Assembly (NCBI GenBank): GCA_041687695.1
Contig: JAWLBL010000009.1
Location: 75,634 to 139,633, forward strand
Direction of reading: 5' to 3'
From: Myxococcota bacterium
Lineage (GTDB): Bacteria; Myxococcota_A; UBA9042; PHBI01; JAWLBL01
Length of the DNA: 64,000 bases
Shown: piece after piece, positions 29,682 to 41,240 of the stretch
Numbering within the stretch: position 1 is the stretch's first letter
Layout: every line of letters starts with the position of its first letter
Made by a program: the position numbers and the translations under genes
The notes under the pieces: generated by a model
Told to the model about the DNA's origin: nothing
The model's input: the letters and a program-made list of their open reading frames with translations, nothing else
Databases searched by the model: none

Positions 29682-31391
29682 ATGTCGCTCGTTCGCGTCA
29701 CGGCCGTGGTCCTCGCGCTCCCCCTGGCGTTGTCGCTGGGCGTGGCCACGCCCGCCCTGGGCCAGCCCACGCCGCCCCCCGACACGGCCCCATCGGCCAC
29801 GCGCCTGCCGCCGGCGCCCACGCGCGCCGAGGCCAAGCGGCTGCTCGCCTCGCCCAAAGGCTCGACCAGCCTCGGCGGCACCAGCGGCGGCAAGCTGCTC
29901 GCGGGCGTCGAGATCCCGCTGAAGGGGAAGGGCTGGGCGTTCTTCGAGCACATCGCCGAGCGCAAGACGAACTACGGCACCAAGGAACTGGCCGCGCTGC
30001 TCGAGCGGGTGGCCGCCCGGGTGGTCGACGCCTACCCCGGCTCGGTCATCGGCTGCGGCAACTTCAACTTCCAGGAGGGGGGCAAGATCCCCTGGAGCGT
30101 GTCGCACCAGGCCGGGCGCGACGCCGATCTCGGCATGTTCGCGGTCGACGCGCGCGGCAAGCCCGTGAACCTGCGCAACTTCGTCGCCTTCGGCCCCGAC
30201 GGGACCGCGCGCGCGCACGGCAAGACCGTCACCTTCGACGACGCGCGCAACCTGGCGCTCGTGCGTGCCCTGCTCGAAGACACCGAGGCGCCCGTCCAGT
30301 GGATCTTCGTCGCCGATTGGCTCAAGGGGCGCCTCGTCGAACGCGCCCGCCTGGACGGCGCCTCGCCCGAGCTCCTGCGCCGCCTCGACGAGACGCTCAA
30401 GCAGCCGAGCGACTCGAACCCGCACGCCGACCACTTCCACGTCCGCATCTACTGCTCGGTCGAAGATCGCCTGCACGGCTGCCTCAACTGGGGGCCCGTC
30501 CGCGACTGGGTCGACGCGGGCGACGCGGCCTTCCTGGCGCACGTCGAGGCGCTGGTCGGCGTCATGCGCATGGACGACGCGGCCCTGCGCCTGGCCGCGG
30601 TCGACAAGCTCACCACCCTGCGCGCCAAGGAGGCGCTCTTCCCGCTGGTCGGGGCGCTCGAGGATCCGAACGCCAAGGTGCGACGCGCCGCGCTGCGCGC
30701 CGTGCGCACCCTCGAGGACCCGGCCGCCATCCCGGGCCTGCTCGCCAGCCTCTCGAAGGCCACCGACCCCGCCTGGGCCGGCGCCCTCTTCGAGACGCTC
30801 TATCACCTCAACACCCCGTCGACCGTCGCCATCGCCCTCGGCCTGCTCGAGCGCCCCGAGGCCTACCTCAGCGAGTCGCTTCGAAAGCGCCCGCTCCACG
30901 ACCTCGAGCGCACGGCCGCCCGCATCTTCGGCCGCCTGGGACGCAAGGACGTCATCCCGGCGTTGCTCGGGCTGCTCGACTCGCCCGACGCCAAGGTGCG
31001 CCTCGCCGCCCACGACGCCCTCCGGCAGGCCACCAACCAGCCCATCGACGGCCCCATCGCCGGCAAGAGCGCCGCGCGCCGCCGCAAGGTCGTAGCCGCG
31101 TGGCGCAAGTTCTGGGAGGCGCACAAGGACGACAGCTGGCACCAGTGGATGCGGCTGGGCTTCGAGGCCCGCGGGCTGAGGTTCGACGGCAAGATGATGT
31201 CGTCCGGCTCGGTCCCCCTGCTCATCGACGCCATCGCCCACAAGGACACGGTGGCGGCCCGCAACGCCCTGCGCGTGCTCGGCGATCTGACCGGGCACCT
31301 GGTGGACTTCCGCTGGCGCACCCAACGCAACCACGTCCGCCACTGGAAGAGCTGGTGGGCCGAGAACAAGGCCCGGTTCGTCAAGCCGTGA
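29682..31391 (+). CDS. MepA-like (penicillin-insensitive murein endopeptidase) domain fused to HEAT repeats
   Basis: Signal peptide; NYGT, SHQAGRDAD (H-x6-D), HADHFHVRI (HxH); HEAT repeats LEDPNAKVRRAA, LDSPDAKVRLAA. Confidence 0.85.
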   Translation: MSLVRVTAVVLALPLALSLGVATPALGQPTPPPDTAPSATRLPPAPTRAEAKRLLASPKGSTSLGGTSGGKLLAGVEIPLKGKGWAFFEHIAERKTNYGTKELAALLERVAARVVDAYPGSVIGCGNFNFQEGGKIPWSVSHQAGRDADLGMFAVDARGKPVNLRNFVAFGPDGTARAHGKTVTFDDARNLALVRALLEDTEAPVQWIFVADWLKGRLVERARLDGASPELLRRLDETLKQPSDSNPHADHFHVRIYCSVEDRLHGCLNWGPVRDWVDAGDAAFLAHVEALVGVMRMDDAALRLAAVDKLTTLRAKEALFPLVGALEDPNAKVRRAALRAVRTLEDPAAIPGLLASLSKATDPAWAGALFETLYHLNTPSTVAIALGLLERPEAYLSESLRKRPLHDLERTAARIFGRLGRKDVIPALLGLLDSPDAKVRLAAHDALRQATNQPIDGPIAGKSAARRRKVVAAWRKFWEAHKDDSWHQWMRLGFEARGLRFDGKMMSSGSVPLLIDAIAHKDTVAARNALRVLGDLTGHLVDFRWRTQRNHVRHWKSWWAENKARFVKP

Positions 31392-31996
31392 TCGCCCCGG
31401 CCCCCACCGCGGCCCCTCGCGTGCTCGTCACGGGGTTCGGATCCTTCCGCGACGTCACGGACAACCCCTCGGGCGGCGCGGCGCGGCTGCTGGACGGGCG
31501 CGTCGTCGCCGGCTTGCCCGTCGTCGGGCGCGAGCTGCGCGTGACCTACGCCGAGGTGGCCCGCGCGATCCCGGCCCTCGTCGCCGAGCTGCGTCCGGTG
31601 ATGGTCATCTCGACCGGCGTGGGCCGCGGTGACGCCGTCGCCATCGAGCGCGTCGCCCGCAACCGCGTCGGATCGGCCGAGGCCGACGTCGACGGCGTGG
31701 CCCCGTTCGGCCTGTCCCTGTCCGACGGCGCGCCGGACGAGCGCCGCTGCGCCTGGGACGCCGACGCCCTCGCGATGGCGCTCGACACGCCGGCCCAGCG
31801 CGTGGTCACTTCCCCCGACGCGGGCGGCTACGTCTGCAACGCGGCCTTCTGGCACCTCACCAGCTGCCTCCCCGCCGGCGCGCTCGGCGGCTTCGTCCAC
31901 CTGCCGCCCGCACGCGACGGGCGCACCGCGGACGGCTACGCGGCCGTGCTCGAGCGCCTCATCGCCCACCTCGCCCCACAGGTCCTGCCCCGTTGA
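31388..31996 (+). CDS. pcp: Pyroglutamyl-peptidase I family protein
   Basis: VLVTGFGSF..NPS, IERVARN, SPDAGGYVCN, GFVHLP; GTGA overlap with the upstream stop. Confidence 0.88.
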   Translation: MIAPAPTAAPRVLVTGFGSFRDVTDNPSGGAARLLDGRVVAGLPVVGRELRVTYAEVARAIPALVAELRPVMVISTGVGRGDAVAIERVARNRVGSAEADVDGVAPFGLSLSDGAPDERRCAWDADALAMALDTPAQRVVTSPDAGGYVCNAAFWHLTSCLPAGALGGFVHLPPARDGRTADGYAAVLERLIAHLAPQVLPR

Positions 31997-32829
31997 ACTC
32001 CGCGCCCGCCTTCCTCGCCGACCCGGCCGAGCCCTTCGCCCACCACGTCCACCGGCTCGCCCGCGGCGGCCACGGCGCCCCGATCAGCCGCGGCTACGTC
32101 CGCGAGGACAACGCCCTGCGCAAGGCCGCCGGCAAGGCCTGGGCGCGGCCGCCGGAGGTCACGCTCGGGCCCGACGACTCCGTCGAGGCGGCCCTGACGC
32201 GGTCCGAGTGTCCGCCCGACGACGCCGAGTGGTTCCACCATCGCTGGGACCTCGGCGAGGGCCCCTCCGTGGCCGCCCACGCCGAACGCATCGCGGCCGA
32301 GGCCAACGCCTTCGAGGCCGCGAGGCCCCTGCTGCCCGGCGTCCCCGTCCGCGTGCGGGTCAGCGTGGCCCTGACGGGCGCGCCGACCATGGCGGGCGAC
32401 GGCGCGGTGGCCGCGGTGGCCCCGGGGACCCACGGCTGGCTCGTGGCGCTGGCCTCGATCGGCGCCCAGCTGGCGCGCACCACGCCGCTGAGCGCGCTGA
32501 CGCGCGCCGATCGACAGCTGGTGTGGCTCAACACGGCGGCCTCGGCCCTGCTCCGGCTGCCTGGCTTCGAGCCCTGGATCGAGCCCCTGCTCGCCGCGGT
32601 CGGACCGACGCTGATGGCGCCCGTCGGGGCCGAGGAGGGCTACGCGGCCCGCCTCGACGCGCTGGTCGGCCCCGTCCTCGAGCAGCCGGTCGGCGAGCTG
32701 CAGCGGATGCAGAAGGGCCTGACCAAGCGTCGCCTCGACCGCCTGCATCGCGCCTGGCTGCGCGACTTCTTCGTGCCGCGCGGCGTCGACCTGACGGCCT
32801 GGATCGACGGCCGCGTCAAGCCTGGGTGA
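31993..32829 (+). CDS. Hypothetical protein
   Basis: TTGA-coupled to pcp; GC3 bias; no recognised motif. Confidence 0.65.
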   Translation: MNSAPAFLADPAEPFAHHVHRLARGGHGAPISRGYVREDNALRKAAGKAWARPPEVTLGPDDSVEAALTRSECPPDDAEWFHHRWDLGEGPSVAAHAERIAAEANAFEAARPLLPGVPVRVRVSVALTGAPTMAGDGAVAAVAPGTHGWLVALASIGAQLARTTPLSALTRADRQLVWLNTAASALLRLPGFEPWIEPLLAAVGPTLMAPVGAEEGYAARLDALVGPVLEQPVGELQRMQKGLTKRRLDRLHRAWLRDFFVPRGVDLTAWIDGRVKPG

Positions 32830-32919
32830 CCTTTTCCGCTCGGGACCTTTTGGACACCGGTCCGGCGCGCGTGTATACGTCCCGGACGATCTCGGTAAGC
32901 GGTGTTCAGGAGGGGGCCG

Positions 32920-34626
<1,707 letters not shown>

Positions 34627-34734
34627 ACCTGACGACCCCGAGCGGGCGCCGCGGCTCTGACGGTCGCCGCGCCCGCTTCGATTTCCGGGTCCACCCGCCG
34701 TGGCGGGTGCATGGCCCCTTCACAGGAGCAAGGG

Positions 34735-35361
34735 ATGGGTGCGCTTTCCGGTAGCGTGACCGCCGCGGCCTATTACGTCGGTGGCGAGCTGCCGTCGGAC
34801 TTCCGCGATCGCTACGTCTCCGCCCTCAACGGGCGGAAGTTCCGCGAGATCGATCTCAACAGCGACGACGACGAGAGCCTCGGCTGGGTCAGCATCAACG
34901 ATCCGTTCGATAACGAGTTCCACCTCGACAAGGTCCTGGTGGGCGACTACCTGATGGCCTCCATCCGGCAGGACACGATCCGCATCCCCGCCGCGGCCTT
35001 CAAGCTGCACCTGCGCAAGGCGATCATCGAGTACTGCAAGGAGACCGGGCGCGAGAAGGTCACCAAGGCCGAGGAGGAGGAGCTGCGCGACACGCTCGAG
35101 AAGCAGCTGCGCAAGCGCGTCCTGCCCTCCATCCGCACCTTCGACATGACCTGGAACATCCAGCGCGGCAAGCTCTGGCTCTGGACGACCAACAAGCGCA
35201 CCAACGAGGTCTTCCAGGAGCTGTTCCAGGACACCTTCGAGCTGCCGCTCATCCCCAAGACGCCGTACGCCCAGCTCGAGCGCATGGATCTGGGCGAGGA
35301 CGTCCTCGACCGCGCCGTGGTCATCGAGCCCGCGGCCCTCGCCCTGCCCCGCCGCCGCTAG
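34735..35361 (+). CDS. RdgC-like protein, N-terminal-half homolog
   Basis: MGALSGSVT...ESLGWVS...IRQDTIRIP...LPSIRTFDMTWN...LFQDTFELPL resembles the RdgC N-terminal region; CAGGAG RBS. Confidence 0.65.
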   Translation: MGALSGSVTAAAYYVGGELPSDFRDRYVSALNGRKFREIDLNSDDDESLGWVSINDPFDNEFHLDKVLVGDYLMASIRQDTIRIPAAAFKLHLRKAIIEYCKETGREKVTKAEEEELRDTLEKQLRKRVLPSIRTFDMTWNIQRGKLWLWTTNKRTNEVFQELFQDTFELPLIPKTPYAQLERMDLGEDVLDRAVVIEPAALALPRRR

Positions 35362-35370
35362 GAGACGCGC

Positions 35371-35943
35371 ATGGACATCCTCAGCCGCATCAACCATACG
35401 CGCTTCCTCGGCCGCGAGTTCCTGACCTGGCTCTGGTTCCGCTCGGAGCGCCAGGAGGGCCTGTTCAAGCGGGGCCCGGACGCCTTCGTCGAGGTCTGGT
35501 TCGACGCCAAGCTGGTCCTCGAGGCCCAGGGCGACATCAAGGAACAGAACGTCATCAAGTCCGAAAACCCCACCGAGACCGAGGAGGCCCGCGCCTCGCT
35601 GCAGACCGGCAAGCAGGTGAAGGAGGCGCGCCTGCGCATCATCGCCGACCAGAAGCAGTGGACGCTGACCTTCAAGGGCGAGGACTACCAGATCTCGGGC
35701 CTCAAGCTGCCCGCCCTGCTCAGCCAGGACGACGACGAGCAGCTCTTCGAGCGCTTCTACCTGCTCGAGGAGCTCGAGGACATCATCGACGACCTGTTCA
35801 CCGGGTTCGTCACCCTGCGCCTCGACGACGACGCTTGGCGCGCCGAGGTCGACGAGCTGCGCGCGTGGGTCGCCCAGGAGGAGGGCGACGGCGACGACGC
35901 CCCGACGCTGTCCCGCAGCGCGCGCGCCAAGGCCCTGGCCTGA
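35371..35943 (+). CDS. RdgC-like protein, C-terminal-half homolog
   Basis: FLGREFLTWLWF...EARASLQTGKQVKEARL...LFERFYLLEELEDIIDDLF; AGGAG RBS. Confidence 0.6.
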   Translation: MDILSRINHTRFLGREFLTWLWFRSERQEGLFKRGPDAFVEVWFDAKLVLEAQGDIKEQNVIKSENPTETEEARASLQTGKQVKEARLRIIADQKQWTLTFKGEDYQISGLKLPALLSQDDDEQLFERFYLLEELEDIIDDLFTGFVTLRLDDDAWRAEVDELRAWVAQEEGDGDDAPTLSRSARAKALA

Positions 35944-35967
35944 CGGCCCGCGCTCGACACGACCGCT

Positions 35968-36003
35968 GACGGAGGGGAGCCATCGCGCTCCCCTTCGTCG
36001 TTT
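35968..36003 (+). terminator. Intrinsic terminator after the RdgC-like pair
   Basis: GACGGAGGGGAGC-CATCGC-GCTCCCCTTCGTC then GTTT. Confidence 0.65.
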
Positions 36004-36212
36004 CCAACGGCGGATGCGCGTGTCACGGGCCCGGTCGCTGGCCGCGCGTCCCAAGCTTGATCAGTGGTCGCCAGGCGCTGACCCCTCCGGGGTTACCCCG
36101 GGGTGCCCTTCAGGCGCCGCATGCGTCGTGGGCGCGGCCACATCGCCGAGGCGATGGACGGTCGCCACGGGACGCGACGGTTGGGGCGCGCGCCCGCCCC
36201 ACAACCGTGTTC

Positions 36213-36436
36213 CTGGCCGGCGTCGTCAACCAGCGCCCCATCCTGCCGCGCGCCGAGCTCGACGCCTCGAAGCCACGCTCTTCGACTGCGTGCGCTACGG
36301 CCCGGCCACCCAGAACCGCGACGGCCAGCCCGACCTCCGCGCCCAACTGCTGGGCCGCGTCGCCTGGGTCACCCACGTCGACCCCGCCCGCGGCGCTCGC
36401 CTCCGCGTCCTGTTCGATGGCGTCCCCTGGCCCTGA
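36213..36436 (+). pseudogene. Frameshifted C-terminal remnant of a retron-type reverse transcriptase
   Basis: LAGVVNQRPILPRAELD /shift about 36263/ RLEATLFDCVRYGPATQNRDGQPDLRAQLLGRVAWVTHVDPARGARLRVLFDGVPWP*, which resembles RT region 7 plus thumb. Confidence 0.65.
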
Positions 36437-36438
36437 AC

Positions 36439-36476
36439 GACGAAGGGGAGCCCCCTGCAGGAGGCTCCCCTTCGTC
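36439..36476. terminator. Hairpin downstream of the 36498-38498 gene
   Basis: GACGAAGGGGAGCC / GGCTCCCCTTCGTC 14-bp perfect stem. Confidence 0.65.
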
Positions 36477-36497
36477 ATCGGAGTCTCGGGCCGAGTC

Positions 36498-38498
36498 CTA
36501 CTCGAGCCGGGTCGCCCAGAAGGTCGCGTCGATGGTGGTCGTCGCGCCGAAGAGCTTGAGGTCGACCTCCCAGGTGCAGGGCTTCGCGATGGTCCCGAAG
36601 TTGTCGACCTTCATGTCGTTGTCGACGTCGTAGAACTTGCAGGTCTCGGCCGTGCCGATCTTGAAGGCGTCGCCGGTCGAGGTGTCGAGCCCCTCGAGCT
36701 GGTCGCGCAGGAAGTCGGCGCCGAAGCTCACCAGCGCGTCGCACATGCCGGTCACGACGCTCTCGCCGATGTTGCCCGCCTTGGAGGCGATGTCCTTGCC
36801 GAACTTGGCGCAGCAGGTCATCCCGAAGCTGGGGTCGAGGCACTCCTTGCCGGCGACCAGGCTCTGGATGAGCTCCTCGTAGGTGTCGATGACCGGAAGG
36901 CCGTCCGTGCCGTCACCGGCGAGCAGCGGCAGCAGCTGCTTCTCGATGATGTAGTTGAGCAGCGCGCCGTAGCTGAGGTTCAGCGCGTGCTTGTCGATGG
37001 TGAGGTCCCAGGTGTTCTCGACCCGGGCCGAGAACTTGCCCTGCACCGGGTTCTGCTGGATGGACTCGAGCGAGAACTGCATCAGGCCGCAGGACGGGTC
37101 GAAGCCCGGGTCGCAGTTCGCGTTGAGGCTCCACTTCACGTAGACCGTGTGCCAGCTCTCGGCGGTCTGCTCCTCGGTCCAGTAGCCCTCGGCGTCCGGC
37201 TCGGCCGCGAAGGTGACGTAGGCGTCGATCTGGAAGTGCTTGAGCATCTGGGAGATGTCGGCGCCCGAGTTCAGGACGTCGCCCCAGATGGTGTCCTCGG
37301 ACAGCCCGGCGATGATCGCCTTGAGGATGTCGGTGGCGATCTTGCCGGTCGAGGTCATGTCGTTGATGTTCGGGTTGGCGACGTCGTTGAAGACCAGCCC
37401 GCAGAGGTCGTCCAGGGCGCCGACGCCGAACTCGTTGCCGGCCATGCAGCCCAGGACCAGGATCTGGCCGACGGGATCCTCGAAGAAGTCGAGGACGCCG
37501 TAGACCCACGGCTTGACGCTGTCCGGCAGCGCGCTGACGAAGTCGAAGTGGCTGGTGACCGTGTAGGTGCCGGCGTACAGCGGCGGGCGGTCTTCGAGCT
37601 GGACGGTGATGGTCTTGGGGATGCCCCACTGCACGGAGCCGGCCGCGTCGGAGCAGCCCCACGCGATGATGGCCTGCTGCGGGTTCTTGGCCGTGACGTA
37701 GACCGTGTAGTCCTGGGTCCCGTCGGACTCGAGCCCCTCGAGCTCGGGGATCTTCCAGGTCTGGGCGATGTTGGTGATCGGGCTCTGCAGCGACGCCGTG
37801 CCCTTGAAGCCGTCGGTCAGCACCTCGGTGCAGGGGTAGGGCTTCTGCGCCGTCTGCCGGTACAGGTAGGCCTGGTAGGTGGTGACCGGCCGGCTGCCCG
37901 AGTACTTGCTGGCGATGGTCAGCGGCACCTGCCCCTTGGGGCTGACCACGACGTCGAAGTACAGCGGCGGGATCTCGGAGTTGTCGACGTAGGCCCGGAC
38001 CGCGAACTGCCCCGGCTTGGCGGCGCCCGGGCTGGTCTCGACGGCGGCGACGCCCTGCTCGTCGGTGTAGGCGGACAGCGACGAGATGGACCCGATGCCG
38101 GTCTCGCTCTCGTTTTCGACCTTGAACTTCACCAGCTGGCCGGCGACGGCGTCGCCGTCCTCGGTGTAGACCACCTTCAGGGTGCGGTCGCTGGCGTAGC
38201 TGAGGACGATGGTGCAGTGGGTGACGCCCTGGCAGGTGACGTTGTCGTCGCCCACGGCCAGGTCGAACTTCAGCGCGCGCACGGCGTTGGGGTTGGTCGG
38301 GACGTCCGGCGTCTCGGTGACGTCGGGGCCCAGATCCTCGGTCTTGGTGTCCGCGACCGGGACGTCGCCCGTGACGTCGGGGAAGCCCGCGCCGATGTCG
38401 GTCACCGTCTGGTGTTTGATCTCGTCCCCGCAGGCCTGGAGGGCGATCGCGCCGACCAGCGCGCAAGCGAGCGCGGCGTTCTTGAACAGCTTCATCAT
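36498..38498 (-). CDS. Large lipoprotein with Ig-like beta-rich domain(s)
   Basis: MMKLFKNAALACALVGAIALQAC lipobox; GGAGGA RBS; Big-1-like 'VAGQLVKF...AYTDEQGVAAV'; paired Cys. Confidence 0.8.
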   Translation of the reverse strand: MMKLFKNAALACALVGAIALQACGDEIKHQTVTDIGAGFPDVTGDVPVADTKTEDLGPDVTETPDVPTNPNAVRALKFDLAVGDDNVTCQGVTHCTIVLSYASDRTLKVVYTEDGDAVAGQLVKFKVENESETGIGSISSLSAYTDEQGVAAVETSPGAAKPGQFAVRAYVDNSEIPPLYFDVVVSPKGQVPLTIASKYSGSRPVTTYQAYLYRQTAQKPYPCTEVLTDGFKGTASLQSPITNIAQTWKIPELEGLESDGTQDYTVYVTAKNPQQAIIAWGCSDAAGSVQWGIPKTITVQLEDRPPLYAGTYTVTSHFDFVSALPDSVKPWVYGVLDFFEDPVGQILVLGCMAGNEFGVGALDDLCGLVFNDVANPNINDMTSTGKIATDILKAIIAGLSEDTIWGDVLNSGADISQMLKHFQIDAYVTFAAEPDAEGYWTEEQTAESWHTVYVKWSLNANCDPGFDPSCGLMQFSLESIQQNPVQGKFSARVENTWDLTIDKHALNLSYGALLNYIIEKQLLPLLAGDGTDGLPVIDTYEELIQSLVAGKECLDPSFGMTCCAKFGKDIASKAGNIGESVVTGMCDALVSFGADFLRDQLEGLDTSTGDAFKIGTAETCKFYDVDNDMKVDNFGTIAKPCTWEVDLKLFGATTTIDATFWATRLE

Positions 38499-38612
38499 CG
38501 TCCTCCGGACCGGGTCCCCCAAGAGTGGGCGGAGCCTACCGATCCGGCGTCGACGCTGTCAAGCGAGGCCAGCGGCCCGAATACGCGCAAGGCCAACGTT
38601 TACGCGGGTCTG

Positions 38613-39740
38613 TCAGGGTCCGCCGGCGCCCTCGCCGCGCAGGTACCTCCGGACGTTGGCGTTGTGCTCGTCCAGGGTGCGGGCGAAGACGTGCGCGCCC
38701 GTGCCGTCGCGCATGGCGACGAAGTACAGGAAGTCGTGGCGCTCGGGCCTCAAGACCGCCTCGAGCGCGCCCCGCCCCGGGTTGCAGATGGGCCCGGGCG
38801 GCAGCCCCGCGATCGCGTAGGTGTTGTACGGGTTGCTCGCGTCCCTGCGGTTGTCGGGTCGCGGCGCCTGCCCGAGGCGCTCCGGGTGGTACATCAGCGT
38901 CGGGTCGGTCTGCAGCGGCATGCCCTTGGCGAGCCGGTTGTAGAACACGCCCGCGACGCGCTGCGCCTCGCTGGCGACCCGGACCTCCTTTTCGACCAGC
39001 GACGCCAGGACCAACAGCTCGTGTTCGCTGAGCTGGTAGCGCTCCTGGATGGCCATGAGATCGGCCTTGTGGCGGGTCTTCAGCTCGGTCCAGACCTTGG
39101 AGAAGTGCTCGGTCACGCGGCGCAGCGCCTCGGCCGCGTCGGCGTCGACGTCGAAGAAGTAGGTCTCGGGGAAGAGGTAGCCCTCGAGCCAGGCGACCGG
39201 GACACCGTCGGAGCGCACGAAGCCGGGGTCGAAGACCGGCATCTGCAGCTTGGACACGACGAACTCGGGGTCGGTCGCCAGCTTGAGGACCTGGTCGGCC
39301 TTGCCGAGGCCGACTTGCTCGATGCGGCGCGCGACGTCCCAGACGGAGTCGCCCGGCACGATCATCAGCGACAGGCGGCTGATGGCGGCGGGCCGCTTGA
39401 GGATGTCCGAGACGTCCAGCGTGCTGGACGTGCCCGGGACCTCGTAGATGCCGGGCTTGAGGTCGTCGAAGCCGCCGTCGAGCCGGATGGCCCAGTAGGT
39501 CAGGCGCGGGTGCTCGGCCAGCCCCTTGGCGGCCAGGGCCTCGACGACGTCCTGCCCGTTGGCCCCCCGGGGGACCTGGACCTGGATCACGTCGGGCGAG
39601 TCGCCCAGCGGGCTCGAGATGGCGCTCCACAGGATGCCGACGGCCACCAGCGGCGTCAGGACGATGAGCAGGACGAGCGCCCAGAGCAGGCGATGCCGCT
39701 TGGGCCGGGCCCCCCGTGGGGCGGCGCGCCGGGCGCTCAT
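38613..39740 (-). CDS. mltG: Endolytic transglycosylase MltG
   Basis: LEGYLFPETY, LASLVEKE, VFYNRL, LQTDPT, PYNTY, GLPPGPICNPG. Confidence 0.95.
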   Translation of the reverse strand: MSARRAAPRGARPKRHRLLWALVLLIVLTPLVAVGILWSAISSPLGDSPDVIQVQVPRGANGQDVVEALAAKGLAEHPRLTYWAIRLDGGFDDLKPGIYEVPGTSSTLDVSDILKRPAAISRLSLMIVPGDSVWDVARRIEQVGLGKADQVLKLATDPEFVVSKLQMPVFDPGFVRSDGVPVAWLEGYLFPETYFFDVDADAAEALRRVTEHFSKVWTELKTRHKADLMAIQERYQLSEHELLVLASLVEKEVRVASEAQRVAGVFYNRLAKGMPLQTDPTLMYHPERLGQAPRPDNRRDASNPYNTYAIAGLPPGPICNPGRGALEAVLRPERHDFLYFVAMRDGTGAHVFARTLDEHNANVRRYLRGEGAGGP

Positions 39741-40165
39741 CGCGCGGCCCCGCTGTCGAGATAGGCCTGCAGCATCAGGCAGGCGGCGATCATGTCGACC
39801 CGTCCCTTGAGCGGGGCGTTCTTCTTGCGGCCGCCGCGGCCCGTCTCCTTGAGCACCTCCTCGGCCTCGAAGCTGCTGTAGCGCTCGTCCCAGCGCACCA
39901 CCGGCAGGCCGCTGACCTCCTCCAGCTTCCTGGCGTACTTCTCGGCCGTGTCGGCCATGGGGCCGGACGAGCCGTCCTGGGCGTAGGGGATGCCGACCAG
40001 CAGCCGCTCGACCTCGAGGCTGCGGGCCAAATCGACGACGTGGCGGACCTGGCGGCCCTTGTCCTTGTCCGCGAGGACCGAGTGCGGCGAGGCGATGAGG
40101 CCGGTGGGGTCGCTGACGGCGATGCCGATGCGGGCCTCGCCGTAGTCGAGGGCCATGACGCGCAT
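39737..40165 (-). CDS. ruvX: Holliday junction resolvase-like RuvX/YqgF
   Basis: ALDYGEARIGIAVSD, VGIP, WDERYSS, VDMIAA. Confidence 0.93.
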   Translation of the reverse strand: MRVMALDYGEARIGIAVSDPTGLIASPHSVLADKDKGRQVRHVVDLARSLEVERLLVGIPYAQDGSSGPMADTAEKYARKLEEVSGLPVVRWDERYSSFEAEEVLKETGRGGRKKNAPLKGRVDMIAACLMLQAYLDSGAAR

Positions 40166-40184
40166 GCGGGGGCTCCTGGGAACC

Positions 40185-41240
40185 TCAGAGGTCTAGCGTG
40201 AGCCCCCGGGCCCGGATGGCCAGGAGGTCCATCGAGAGGGCGACGCCGTAGTGGAGCGCGACGCCGAGCCACATCGAGCGGTGCTTGAGGGCGAGGAAGC
40301 CGAGCAGCGAGCCGGCGACGATGGCGCCGAGGGTCTCGGCCAGGGGCTTGCCGAAGTGGGCCGTGACGTAGGGTATCACCATCAGGACGATGCCGTAGAG
40401 GCCGAGGTCCCGCTCGGTCCCGAAGGTCAGCACGCCGCGCCAGAAGCCCTCGCCCGACACGAAGATGAGGAAGTAGAAGGCCTGGTAGACGAGCAGGTGC
40501 TCGAGGGAGATGACGCCGCCGGGCTGGATCATCTCGCGGCACAGCGGGTACTTGGCCTGGAAGGCGGGCGTCTGCGCGACGGCGACCAGGAAGGGCACCA
40601 TCACGAGGAACATCGCGAGGTACAGCGGCCAGATGCGGCGCACCGTGGGCGGGTGCGGGTTGGTCGCTGCGGCAAAGCCCAGGTCGCCGGGGCGCAGGCC
40701 CAGGGCGAAGCGGGCGAACAGGAGCGGCAGCGCGGCCCGGAACAGGAGCGCGCAGACCGAGAAGTACATGAAGGCGTAGATGGGCGAGTAGGGCCCGTCG
40801 TCGTGCAGGTGGACGCGCCACCACTTGTGGTAGGCGTCCATGCGGCCGAAGTACCAGAACAGGGCCAGCAGGACCATCGAGGCCGCGAGCAGGACCCAGG
40901 TCCGGGCGCGGACGCGGCGGAGCGTGCCGAAGCCGTGGAACAGGCCGATGACCGTCAGGGCCGTCGTGAACCCGATGAGCAGGTGGGCGCCCTGCCAGCC
41001 GTCCTCGGCGAGGAAGCCCGCCTTGTAGCGGAGCACGGTCTGGGTCGCGAGCAGCGCGAAGATGAGGAGCACCGGCGCGAGCCGCGCGCGCGGCGCGTCG
41101 GCGGCCATGCCGGGCGTGACCGGGTCGAGCAGGCGCCCGAGCCAGTCGCGGAACGGGTGGCGCGGCGTGGGCGGCGGGGCTCCGGCGAGCGGGCCGTCGG
41201 CGCCGGGCTCAAACGCTGATGGTGCGGAGGTCGTCTGCAA
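40185..41240 (-). CDS. CPBP (CAAX/Abi) family intramembrane protease; start uncertain (alternative ATG at 41108)
   Basis: Multi-[24 protein letters not shown] motifs. Confidence 0.8.
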   Translation of the reverse strand: MQTTSAPSAFEPGADGPLAGAPPPTPRHPFRDWLGRLLDPVTPGMAADAPRARLAPVLLIFALLATQTVLRYKAGFLAEDGWQGAHLLIGFTTALTVIGLFHGFGTLRRVRARTWVLLAASMVLLALFWYFGRMDAYHKWWRVHLHDDGPYSPIYAFMYFSVCALLFRAALPLLFARFALGLRPGDLGFAAATNPHPPTVRRIWPLYLAMFLVMVPFLVAVAQTPAFQAKYPLCREMIQPGGVISLEHLLVYQAFYFLIFVSGEGFWRGVLTFGTERDLGLYGIVLMVIPYVTAHFGKPLAETLGAIVAGSLLGFLALKHRSMWLGVALHYGVALSMDLLAIRARGLTLDL

